A stretch of DNA of 64,000 bases from Bryobacterales bacterium (lineage in GTDB: Bacteria; Acidobacteriota; Terriglobia; Bryobacterales; Bryobacteraceae): assembly GCA_963810595.1 (NCBI GenBank), contig CAWEOG010000018.1, positions 85,391 through 149,390 on the forward strand, written 5' to 3'. The translations under genes were made by a program, and so were the position numbers. The notes beneath the pieces are model-generated. The model searched no databases, was not told the DNA's origin, and saw only the letters and a list, made by a program, of their open reading frames with translations. Shown here piece by piece: positions 22,111 to 31,434 of this stretch; position 1 is the first letter of the stretch, and each line of letters starts with the position of its first letter.

Positions 22111-22986
22111 AACGAACTCCAGAATCCTAATCCACGTCGATAATACGCCCCGCCCCGACCGATGTCAAGAAGTATTTCGGATTTAGTAATCTTTAACTCC
22201 TAAAAAAATAATATCTGCGTGGTCGGCTCCACAATCCATTCTCCCGCCGTCCGCAACAACCTAATATTCATGAAAGAACTTCGGCCCAACGTGGATTCGG
22301 AAACCGTGACGAAACCGTGACCACCGTAGAGCCTGTCGGAGAGAATTCCGCCGCCAATTTCATGGTGGGGCACCGGGCGCGCGGCCTGCCCATCTAGCTT
22401 CGTACTCGGGACGGCCTGACCGGCCACAAGCGGGTCTGTCTGTAAGTGATTGTATATGAACCGCTTATTTCCGTATCTGCCCGATTAATGTGCGGTAGCT
22501 GCTCAGCCGGGCTTGTGGCTTTGATCTTTCGCCGCAAAATACTGATTTTGTGGTATTCTCTGGCGTTAGCGGGCTTGTTCAGCCTGCTTGCCAAATCGCA
22601 ATTCAGAGTCCAGAAATGATGCCGAAAACCCCGGGGATCCAGGGGCACAAGGGATAATTGCTGGAAGCTACAAAACCACAAGATATCAGCCTGCCACGCG
22701 GGCTGCCTCGGCCGGTTCGTCCCTCTTCGGCGGCCTTACGGGCGGCTGTCCTGTCAGCACCATTCGCCCCCAGTGTGGGGTGGGGTGGGGCTAGCTGGCG
22801 ACAACCTCGCGTGCTTTCCCGGGCATCTCCTGCATATAGTGGTTTTGGCCGCGGGATCCTCTCCAAAAGAACTATTCCTTGTGTTCCTGTCCCGGGCGGG
22901 GGGGAACGTGAATGCGTGTTCCGGGCTCGAGGTCCTCCGTCCTGCGATTTTCGGGCCCTGCTGGTCAGACACTCCGCCCCAGGCTT

Positions 22987-23838
22987 TCAACCATCCACGC
23001 ACTCATCGGAAAAACGGACACGCGTGAAGCGGTCGGGCCGGTGGGTATCGTAGATGCCGTGGCGGTTCCAGCACCAGGCGGGGTGAGGCTGCATCTCCTG
23101 GCCCGCCACGCGCAAGGCTTCAAAACGGCCGAAGAAAATGCGCCATTCGTCGCCATCGGCCGGCGGCAGCGAGCGGCCATTGGCAAGCAAGCCCATGCCG
23201 CTCCACGGCAACGCTAATTCCACGGTCCATCCCTTGTCGATGACACTGTCGTCGTTGATCTCGCCATCCACCCACACGGCCGAGCGCAGACCGGGAAAAT
23301 CCCAATTCCGAAAGACCCAGCGGCAGCCGCGCGGATGCGTGCCATCCCAGAAGGTTGCGGGATGACGGTCGTAATCGCCCCCGAACGAAAGCGCTTTCGA
23401 TTTCAATAGGTCGAGCTCGGGCACGTCAAAGCGCGTGCCGGGGCCGTAGGCATCCTGCCACACGAAGAAGACTTCGTAGATGGTGCCGAGAGCGTTTATC
23501 TCAAACTCGTAGTAGCAATCGCCGCCGTCGATGAAAACCTCGACATCGTTTTCCTGAAAAATCAGCGAATCGCGCACCGTGTGGCTGGCGCGCACCAGTG
23601 GTTCTTCGATGCGGAAACCGATATAGAGGCACTGGTCGTCCCACAACGCGGCGCCGCGCGTATCGAAAAAGCCCGGCTCGCCGGTCACCATATCGACGAA
23701 TCGCGGCGACCATTCCACCGCCTGCCAGCACGCCTCGTCCAGGCGGCCGTCGATCACCGGCGCGTGCCGCACCCGGCGGCAAGCATATTGGGCGATGTCC
23801 TTATCGGAAAAATCGCCGCTGTTAGTCGTGAAGTTCAT
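22987..23838 (-). CDS. Carbohydrate-binding family 9 (CBM9/DOMON-like) protein
   Basis: ..PVIDGRLDEACWQ..NDVEVFIDGG..YYEFEINALGT..WTVELALPW matches the CBM9-like pattern. Confidence 0.65.
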   Translation of the reverse strand: MNFTTNSGDFSDKDIAQYACRRVRHAPVIDGRLDEACWQAVEWSPRFVDMVTGEPGFFDTRGAALWDDQCLYIGFRIEEPLVRASHTVRDSLIFQENDVEVFIDGGDCYYEFEINALGTIYEVFFVWQDAYGPGTRFDVPELDLLKSKALSFGGDYDRHPATFWDGTHPRGCRWVFRNWDFPGLRSAVWVDGEINDDSVIDKGWTVELALPWSGMGLLANGRSLPPADGDEWRIFFGRFEALRVAGQEMQPHPAWCWNRHGIYDTHRPDRFTRVRFSDECVDG

Positions 23839-23883
23839 AACACCAAGTTGCCGGAAAAATAGGACGTCTCTCCTGGTCGAGCG

Positions 23884-25245
23884 TCAGGGTTTCTCCATCA
23901 GCGGATTCGGGCGCATGTACGAACCCGGCGCCCAAGGAAACTTCTTCTCTACGTCCGCGATCAGTTCGACGCCATAACCCGGCCGGTCCGGCAGATCCAT
24001 GTACCCTTTCTTCACCACTAAGGGATCTTTGAAGATCTCCTCCTTGAGGGGATTATACGTCTGGTTCAGCTCCAGCATGTGGCGGCTCGGGCTGGATGCC
24101 ACCAGGTGCGCGTTGGCGATGGTGGTCAGGCCCCCGTGCCAGTTGTGCGGGCAGTGATACTTGCCGCGCAGGTGGGCCATTCGCGCGATGAACCAGTTTT
24201 CCGAAAGCCCCGTTACGTTGCAGTCGGTCTGCACGATGTCAATGGCGCCGCTATCCATCCAGGGCTTGATGTCGAACCTGGTTCGATCGCTCTCGCCCCC
24301 CGACACCAGACAATGTTGCATCGCCTGTTTGACCGCGATGTACTCCTCCATGGTATTGAGCGGCTGCTCGAACCAGTGGTAGCCCAGCTCATCCAGCAGG
24401 GGACAAAATTCTTTGACCACCTCTTCCAGGGTTACAGGTTGCGCGCGCAGGGTCTCGTGCATCAAATCGAAGTCGGGGCCAACTGCCTCGCGCAGCCGTC
24501 TGACCACAGGCAGATACCGCTTCAGCGTCATGTTGCTGTATCGCCAGGAGGTACCCGAGCGGAACTTGAAAGCCGTGTAACCCTGTTCCTTGTAGCGAAG
24601 CGCTTCCTCGATCAGAAACTGGTCGCCCTTGTTGTACCACTCGTGCTCCACGCCTCCGCTGGCATACACGCGAATGTGCGGATCCGGTGTGGTGTCCTTT
24701 GCCAGCAGTTTGTACACCGGCATGTTCAGGGCCTTGCCGACGATGTCCCAGCAGGCATTGTTGACTCCCGCCCACGCGGCGCTGACGACACGGCTATCCG
24801 GCCGCGCAGGCTGCGGCACACCGAATGCCAGGAAGTCCACATCGAACGGATTCTGGCCGATGAGAAGCGGCCTGATGGTTTCCTCGGTGTACTTCTTGAT
24901 GTTGTCGGGTCCGGCGTAGGGCGTACCTTCGCCGATCCCGATAATCCCTTGATCCGTGAAGACCTGGCACAGCGCCGCATCGGTCTTCCAAACGATGTAG
25001 CGGTCGGTCCGCCACAGGTTCCGCTTGGGGTCGACGTAGGACAGAGGAGTAACGCGGATATCCGTAATCCTGATCTTCTCGCGCCGAAGCCCGTGGGAAG
25101 GATGCGCCGGCAAGGCTCTCTCGGCCTCTTCCCGCTGAGCTTTCGGCGAGCTCCCGGCCGTCAACGCCCGAGGCAGAAATGCGTGCAGTGCCGCTGCCGT
25201 GCCGGCAAGAACGGATCGTCGTGTCGCTTTGGCCATGATTCTCAT
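23884..25245 (-). CDS. Enolase-superfamily (mandelate racemase / muconate lactonising) enzyme with a Tat signal
   Basis: MRIMAKATRRSVLAGTAAAL at the N-terminus, plus ..DQGIIGIGEG.. and a C-terminal barrel. The start ATG at 25245 overlaps the upstream stop (ATGA). Confidence 0.85.
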   Translation of the reverse strand: MRIMAKATRRSVLAGTAAALHAFLPRALTAGSSPKAQREEAERALPAHPSHGLRREKIRITDIRVTPLSYVDPKRNLWRTDRYIVWKTDAALCQVFTDQGIIGIGEGTPYAGPDNIKKYTEETIRPLLIGQNPFDVDFLAFGVPQPARPDSRVVSAAWAGVNNACWDIVGKALNMPVYKLLAKDTTPDPHIRVYASGGVEHEWYNKGDQFLIEEALRYKEQGYTAFKFRSGTSWRYSNMTLKRYLPVVRRLREAVGPDFDLMHETLRAQPVTLEEVVKEFCPLLDELGYHWFEQPLNTMEEYIAVKQAMQHCLVSGGESDRTRFDIKPWMDSGAIDIVQTDCNVTGLSENWFIARMAHLRGKYHCPHNWHGGLTTIANAHLVASSPSRHMLELNQTYNPLKEEIFKDPLVVKKGYMDLPDRPGYGVELIADVEKKFPWAPGSYMRPNPLMEKP

Positions 25246-26939
25246 GATTGGGGCGCCTGCTCGACTAGCCGATATTTCCGCGGGCCCCGCTGTGAGGCGC
25301 GCTGTTCGGCCAGGTTCTGACGAAATTCCAGGCGCCACGAGAATGCGGCGCCGATGGCGTCCAGGCGCGCGCGGACTTTCTGTTCATCGACCTTCCGGCC
25401 GGACGAAGTGGCATATCGGACGACCACGTCGCCGGGCGCAAGCTGGATGCAATTGTACAAAGTCGCCTCCGGCATGGAGGCGGCCAGCCCGACTGCCAGC
25501 AAGGCCCACGCCGATTGTGGCCGGCCGTTCCGATCGATCAGGACATCGGTGGACCGTCCATGGATCTGCCCGAGGGCCAGCCGGCCTGGACCCTGAAGGC
25601 AGCGTCCGCAGCTTCGGACTGGGGCATTGTTCTCCGCCCAATCGCCGGTATCGTAGTTGAGAAACAGTGTGCCGAGCGAACTGAAACTGGTGCCGACGAT
25701 CCGGCACACCTGCTGAGGCGCATCCGGTTTCAGCCAGGTGGCGCCCACGAAGGGCAAGGTCGTGTAGCAGCCGCAGTCCGGACAGCGAAGGGCGGCTGTC
25801 GCGTTTTCACTCAACCCATAGATGGCCACGACCGAGGGCGCAATGCGCCGGATGGCCTGCAGTTGCTGGGGGAGCAGCGGTTCGGACGCGACAACCGCGG
25901 CGGCGAACTGATAGTCGTCCTGCACAGTCTCGGCCAGACCGCAGGCGTAAGAGGGCCAGGCCGAGAGAATCTCGGGCCCGTACGCGCGCAGGATGCGCAG
26001 CAATTCGGGACGGTCTAACAGGGCAGCCGGAGACAAGGCAAGATCGCCGGCGCGTGTCGTTAAGACAGTGGTGCGCAGGGGCTGCGAGCGGAAGAAGGCC
26101 CAGGTGCGGCGCCAGACGGGCGCAAGATCGGGACGGGCGTAGCTCGCTGCCGCGGCGACAACGGCCTGGTGGACCGTTGGCAGCCGCCCTGTGTAACGGA
26201 ACGTGAAGGGTTCACCGGTCGAGCCGGAGGTTGCGTGATTGCTGCAGCGCTTTCGCGGGAGGGAAAAACCCGACAGATCCTGGCGGAGCATGGCCTTTGT
26301 GACGATGGGCATTGCGGCCATGGAGGGAATGCTGGTGAGGTCCTTGGGGTGCCAACCCGCGGCGTTCCACAGGCGGCGGTAACCGGGGCAGTGCTTCCAC
26401 GCGAGTGCCACCAGGCGGCGGACCCTGGTCAACTGATAATGCTCCCAGTCAAAAGCCGGGTCGTTCCACAGGGTCAGGAGATCCTCCGCATTGGTCCCCG
26501 CCATGGGCAGATCAGCGAGATAGCCAATCCTTCCCAGCGTGGGGAAGCCCGACGTGCGATAACTCTCGCGGGCGGCTGTAAGCGGGAGCCAAACGATCTC
26601 ACGGACGCTCACTTCGATCGGCCGCGGCTCGAGACAGCGGATTCCAACTTGTTGGAGCCTGGCGGGTACTTCAACTGTGAGAAAGACGGTCTGCGGGCCG
26701 GGCCGTGGGGCGAGGCCAACTTCCTCGATCATGCCTTCCGCGTCATACCAGGAGACGCCGGCGGGGCCGCAACCGCCGACTTCGAGAGTGAGCCGGAGAG
26801 CGGAGGGTCCCGATGGCACCGGGGGGAGACCGGCTGGCGCCAACGTGACTGCATCGGACCAGCGGTTTCGGGCGGCGTAGCGCGTCGCAGGCAGTGCGGA
26901 CGGGCGAAAGCCGGCGTGAAGCTGTTGTAGCGTTGTCAT
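25242..26939 (-). CDS. CapK/PaaK-like adenylate-forming enzyme with an N-terminal extension of about 150 aa of unknown fold
   Basis: 565 aa with the motif TSGSTGEPF. The architecture resembles phenylacetate-CoA ligase or F390 synthetase. Both gene junctions are ATGA overlaps. Confidence 0.7.
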   Translation of the reverse strand: MTTLQQLHAGFRPSALPATRYAARNRWSDAVTLAPAGLPPVPSGPSALRLTLEVGGCGPAGVSWYDAEGMIEEVGLAPRPGPQTVFLTVEVPARLQQVGIRCLEPRPIEVSVREIVWLPLTAARESYRTSGFPTLGRIGYLADLPMAGTNAEDLLTLWNDPAFDWEHYQLTRVRRLVALAWKHCPGYRRLWNAAGWHPKDLTSIPSMAAMPIVTKAMLRQDLSGFSLPRKRCSNHATSGSTGEPFTFRYTGRLPTVHQAVVAAAASYARPDLAPVWRRTWAFFRSQPLRTTVLTTRAGDLALSPAALLDRPELLRILRAYGPEILSAWPSYACGLAETVQDDYQFAAAVVASEPLLPQQLQAIRRIAPSVVAIYGLSENATAALRCPDCGCYTTLPFVGATWLKPDAPQQVCRIVGTSFSSLGTLFLNYDTGDWAENNAPVRSCGRCLQGPGRLALGQIHGRSTDVLIDRNGRPQSAWALLAVGLAASMPEATLYNCIQLAPGDVVVRYATSSGRKVDEQKVRARLDAIGAAFSWRLEFRQNLAEQRASQRGPRKYRLVEQAPQS

Positions 26940-28708
26940 GGTCTGGTGGCGTTGGCGAGAGGGTCGTGGGCTACGGCACCAGGCGCCGGCATCCGATCAC
27001 TCGGACGAGTCGGCTCGACGGCCGCGACGAGCCCGGAGTCCCATCGGTGAAACATTCCTGAAGTGGCGCCGCCGACGAGGGCCGCCGCGGCAGGTTCGGC
27101 TGTCTCAAGCAAGTGGTGTTGCACGGCGGGTGACAGTTCGTCGTATAACGCTGTGAAGACAGCGTTCGTCCAGCCGAATCCCGCTTCGTTCGAGCGGTAA
27201 CCGAACTGGAGATTCTTGCCAACCTCCGAGCCTCGCTCGACCACGTCGTACTTCTCGACGATGTTGCCGTGTCTCCGGTAGTCCTCGATTACCATGCCCA
27301 GAAACTTCTCCGCAATCCTGTCGGCGTCCTTTTTGTAACCGTACCGGCGCAACCCCTCGACGGCGATCCATTCGAGCGGCGCCCAGCCGAACGGAGCGTC
27401 CCACTGGCTGCCGCTACGATTGGTGCTGGTTTCGAGACCGCCGGCACGCTCGAACAGTTTGAGATTCCGCTCCACCGCCGCCGCCTGTTCGGGGCTGGCG
27501 ATGCCCGCCCAAAGGGGGTAAAACGTGGTTAGAAACGGATAGTGCCGCCGTACCTTGTCGACGAAGTTGTAATCGGAATACAGGCCGTCTTCCGCATCCC
27601 ATAGCAACCGGTTGATGCGAGAGGCGCGCTGTTCGGCCCGTTCGCGCCAGACCGCGGCGTCGGCTTCCCGCCCCGCCAGGCCCAGGATCTCGGCGCTCTG
27701 GCTCTCCATCAGGTACAGCAGCGTGTTCAGGCACACCGGGTTGTAATGAACGATATCGACGCTGAAGGGTCCAAAACGGTTCGAGGGGTCGAAGCCCGAC
27801 TCGCGCATCGAACGGTCGCCCTTGTAAAACAGCGCGGTAAGTCGATCCGTTTTGCGGTCATAATACTGGCCAACGTTGTAGGCGGTCACCTTGTGGGTGC
27901 GGTAATACTCCTTCACCAGATCGTAATGCGTACGCCCTTGCGCATCCCGCTCCGATGCCACAACTTCAGGCGCCGGGCCCTCCCCCAGGTCGAAGTAGCG
28001 CGACAGGCCGGTTTCCGGCGTGAGATGCGGCGGCCGCACCCAATAGTCGTAATACTTTTCGACGGCCGGCACCGCGGCATCCAGCCACTTCCGGTCTTTC
28101 GTGCGCCGGTAAACAGCCAGCAGCATTTGCGTCAAAAACGGAGGCTGCGATCGCGTGAGATAGTAAGTCCGGTTGGCGTTGAGTATCTTGCCGTATTCGC
28201 GAATCTCGTATAGGAAGTTATCGGCCATGTCCTTGGCCAACCCAATCTCGCCGTCGCGGAGCAGGCCCATCTGGATGAAGAAGCTGTCCCAGCCGTACAT
28301 CTCGTTGAACCGGCCGCCGGGGACCACGTAGGCGTGTGGCAGATACAGCAAACCCTGGTGTGGAATCCGCGAGGTGTCTTCCGGAAGCGGGAGGATCTTG
28401 ATCTTGCGGAAGCCGTCGGTCGGCATCTCGCGGCGCAACTCGTCCCTGACGCGCTGCAGGTCTTCGCCGCGCGACAGATACACCGGCCACCGCCCGTCTT
28501 TGGGGACGGGAAACTTGGGATCGGCCGCCGCCGAAGCCAGGTTCCGGTTCGACCGCGTCAAAACACTCCAGGTCTGTCTGATGTAGGAAAGAATCGGTTC
28601 GCGCCCGGCGGCGTCGGGCCTCTGCGCAAGCGACGCCGTTGTCAGAAGAGCGCAGACGCAGAGGAGAACAAAGCCAGCAATCGGTTTCCTGGTCCGTTTG
28701 AATCTCAT
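26936..28708 (-). CDS. treA: Alpha,alpha-trehalase (GH37), secreted
   Basis: Both trehalase signatures are present: PGGRFNEMYGWDSFF and QWDAPFGWAPLEW. The start is at MRFKRTRKPIAGFVLLCVCALLTTASLAQ (28708). Confidence 0.85.
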   Translation of the reverse strand: MRFKRTRKPIAGFVLLCVCALLTTASLAQRPDAAGREPILSYIRQTWSVLTRSNRNLASAAADPKFPVPKDGRWPVYLSRGEDLQRVRDELRREMPTDGFRKIKILPLPEDTSRIPHQGLLYLPHAYVVPGGRFNEMYGWDSFFIQMGLLRDGEIGLAKDMADNFLYEIREYGKILNANRTYYLTRSQPPFLTQMLLAVYRRTKDRKWLDAAVPAVEKYYDYWVRPPHLTPETGLSRYFDLGEGPAPEVVASERDAQGRTHYDLVKEYYRTHKVTAYNVGQYYDRKTDRLTALFYKGDRSMRESGFDPSNRFGPFSVDIVHYNPVCLNTLLYLMESQSAEILGLAGREADAAVWRERAEQRASRINRLLWDAEDGLYSDYNFVDKVRRHYPFLTTFYPLWAGIASPEQAAAVERNLKLFERAGGLETSTNRSGSQWDAPFGWAPLEWIAVEGLRRYGYKKDADRIAEKFLGMVIEDYRRHGNIVEKYDVVERGSEVGKNLQFGYRSNEAGFGWTNAVFTALYDELSPAVQHHLLETAEPAAAALVGGATSGMFHRWDSGLVAAVEPTRPSDRMPAPGAVAHDPLANATRP

Positions 28709-28962
28709 CCTGACACCCACCTTAACAAATGCGGAAGACGACTCCGGCGAGGCGGGCACGATTTTGATGAAATGCCAGGTCCGAGAACGTGCAGCGGTGT
28801 TCGTGCGAGCACTTCTGGCAGGCGCGAATCTACTCTGGCCCAAAGCGCAGCGTTGCCGACCAGCCCGTCTGGGTACCCAGGCAGAGCAGCCTGATTTCCT
28901 CAGCGATTCTCCGGGCAAACGACATCGGGACTAAGTGTGAATAGGAGAAATCGCGACACAGC

Positions 28963-29151
28963 TCACGGTTCTAACCTGGCAAGCGCTGAGTCGAGCGCGG
29001 GAAGCAGCGCGGGCAGATCCTCGACAACGGTCGTCCAAACGACGTTGAGGTCCACATCGAAGCAGGCGTGAATGAGCCGGTTCCGCATCGAGACGCGTAA
29101 AGCCCAGCCTCTTGACCTTCGAGATCGGGCATCCCCTGCCCCTGGATTCAC
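28963..29151 (-). pseudogene. C-terminal fragment of a HepT/DUF86 toxin
   Basis: ..SMRNRLIHACFDVDLNVVWTTVVEDLPALLPAL matches the DUF86 C-terminus. There is no N-terminal half and no MNT partner. Confidence 0.55.
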
Positions 29152-29190
29152 TTACCGTACAGTCCCCAAGGGTCCGCGAAACGGTCTGGT

Positions 29191-30570
29191 TTACTCCCCG
29201 ATGAAAGGATGATTGGCAGCGTGTTCAATCTTGCCGACGACGAAGATGTAGGACAAAGCGCCCATCAGAGCCATCGCTGAGATGAACGCCAACGCCATTG
29301 AGAAATCGTTGCCACGCACGAGAATGCCGATAATGATCGGAACCGTGATGGCGGGGAGGTTTCCCATGAAATTGAACATCCCGCCCGTCAGCCCGATCAG
29401 TCCGATCGGCGCCAGCTCCGACACCAGAGACCAACTGATCGAAGCCACCCCGTTTCCGAAGAAGGCCAATGACATGAAGGCAATCATCGCCGCTGGGGTT
29501 TGAACGAAATTGGCGCCAATGATCGTCATGGAGAGCAGCAGTCCGGCGACAATCGGAGCCTTGCGGGAAGCTCCCAGGGAAAGACCTCTCCGGAAAAGAA
29601 AGTCCGACAGGAGGCCGGAGAGCACGACGCCGCAAAACGCCGCCAGAAAAGGGAGTGACGCCAGGACTCCGGCCTTGCTGAAGCTGATATGCCTGTACTG
29701 CACCAGGTAAGTGGGGAACCAGGTCAGGAAGAACCACAAAACGGAAGTAACTGCATACTGCCCAATATAAAGACCCCATAACTTGACATTGGTCACCACC
29801 TTGAGGAGGTCGCCGGATTGGGACTTCGTGGCTACCGCTGGTTGGTTCGACTCCAGACGCCGCTCGGCCGGGACGGGTTCGACTTCCTCGGAATTTGCCC
29901 CGCTTAAGGCGGCCGGCTCACGATAAAGGAGGTACCAGACGACGGCCCACACGATCCCCACCAGTCCGAGAACCGCAAACAGCGCCCGCCACCCGAAACG
30001 AAGCTGCAGGTACATTAACACCGGGGTGAGAAAGGCCAGTCCGACAAACTGGCCCGAGGTATAGAAGGCGATAGCCGAGGCGCGCTCCCGTTCCGGGAAC
30101 CAGATGGTTACGACGCGATTATTAATGGGAAACGACGGCGATTCTATCGCGCCAACCGCCAGCCGCAAGCCAAACAACGCGGTCATGCTCCGAGCCAGGC
30201 CCAGTATTCCGGTGGCGACCGACCACAGAGCAATCAGGCAGGTGTAGAGACGCCGTGACGACATCCGGTCCACCAGCCAGCCCCCGGGGATCTGGCATGA
30301 CGCGTAACTCCAGCCGAAAGCCGAAAAGATCAGTCCCATCTGGACCGAGTCAATTCCAAGATCCTGCCGTAGAAGCGGGGCCGCCACCGCCAGATTGGCG
30401 CGGTCCAGATAGTTGATCACGACCGTAACGAACAGCAGGCCAGCTACGATGAAGCGAGCGCGCGCGGGTCTGCCGGAGCTTCCCGCGCCTTTCCGGCCGG
30501 AAGTGCCGGCCCCCATCTGAGCCGGGGTCGAAGAATGTCCTCCCGACTCACCACTCCGCAAGGCTGCCAT
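29191..30570 (-). CDS. MFS transporter (anion:cation symporter type)
   Basis: Multi-TM, with LDRANLAVAAP..GGWLVDRMSSRRL. The exact start is uncertain. Confidence 0.85.
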   Translation of the reverse strand: MAALRSGESGGHSSTPAQMGAGTSGRKGAGSSGRPARARFIVAGLLFVTVVINYLDRANLAVAAPLLRQDLGIDSVQMGLIFSAFGWSYASCQIPGGWLVDRMSSRRLYTCLIALWSVATGILGLARSMTALFGLRLAVGAIESPSFPINNRVVTIWFPERERASAIAFYTSGQFVGLAFLTPVLMYLQLRFGWRALFAVLGLVGIVWAVVWYLLYREPAALSGANSEEVEPVPAERRLESNQPAVATKSQSGDLLKVVTNVKLWGLYIGQYAVTSVLWFFLTWFPTYLVQYRHISFSKAGVLASLPFLAAFCGVVLSGLLSDFLFRRGLSLGASRKAPIVAGLLLSMTIIGANFVQTPAAMIAFMSLAFFGNGVASISWSLVSELAPIGLIGLTGGMFNFMGNLPAITVPIIIGILVRGNDFSMALAFISAMALMGALSYIFVVGKIEHAANHPFIGE

Positions 30571-30848
30571 TCCTATGTCCCTTCCCGGCTACACCTCCAG
30601 TTGCACCGTAGCCGCCAGCACCTCTCGCCACACCATCATATCCGAACGCTGGAGCCTCGCCCATCCCATCAATGCGCCGGCGCAACGTCAACCGGGGCCG
30701 CTTCATCAGAGTTGCGGCTCACGCTGGACGCCGACCGGCAGGGAGGCGGGCTGCCCGCTCGATCGAAGTTTGCGTCAATTCGGCGGCGGAAATGGCGGCT
30801 CTGATGAAATCGCGGAACACTTCGCCTCGCCCAAACGTCTTTACTTGT

Positions 30849-31295
30849 ATGACGTCCGAGCAAACTGAGGGGGGAGACTACAACTACGTCCGCTTGCGGG
30901 AAGCCTATGACGCCGCGTTCCGGGAATGGGCGGACAAGCGCCATCAGGTACAACTGCTGTTGCAGTCGCCTTCCGACGACAACCTTCTCCTCGAAGCCCG
31001 AACGCTGGCAGACGCCGCCGAATTCGAGTACTGCTGGCGGCGCAATGCGCTCGCTGCGTACCTGTTGAAGATCTCCGCCCGCCGCGTCGCTCTTAGGGAA
31101 ACTCACGAGACCGATGATGAAATCAGGCGGCGTCAGGTGGCCCTACTTGCACAGTCACTCTGGAAGCAGGCGGGGTGCCCCGCCGGCACCGCCGAATCCG
31201 ACTGGCATCGGGCCGAACGGCTGCTTGAGCACTGGCTTCATCCCGCCGGTTTGGAATGCTGCGGGTCCTCGCTGAACCAGGCAGCCCACGCATAA
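30849..31295 (+). CDS. Hypothetical protein with a DUF2934-like C-terminus
   Basis: ..IRRRQVALLAQSLWKQAGCPAGTAESDWHRAERLL resembles DUF2934. The start is uncertain (30792 or 30849). Confidence 0.5.
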   Translation: MTSEQTEGGDYNYVRLREAYDAAFREWADKRHQVQLLLQSPSDDNLLLEARTLADAAEFEYCWRRNALAAYLLKISARRVALRETHETDDEIRRRQVALLAQSLWKQAGCPAGTAESDWHRAERLLEHWLHPAGLECCGSSLNQAAHA

Positions 31296-31434
31296 TCCGC
31301 GGACACCGGAAGTTCTTGTACTGCAGCCTGATTCAGCACCCGCCTGCGGAGCGGGTCGTCCAATAACTTCGCCAACCTGCTCCCTACGGGCTCGCAGTTC
31401 GCCACCAGCACGAGCACCGGGTTCCGCCGCTCTG

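Noticed and set aside
22700-22740. tRNA-like T-arm (ggccggttcgtccc)
   Set aside because: No matching acceptor, D or anticodon stems could be drawn around it.
22775-22795. G-quadruplex motif (ggggtggggtgggg)
   Set aside because: Only three G4 runs are present. A fourth run within loop distance is missing.
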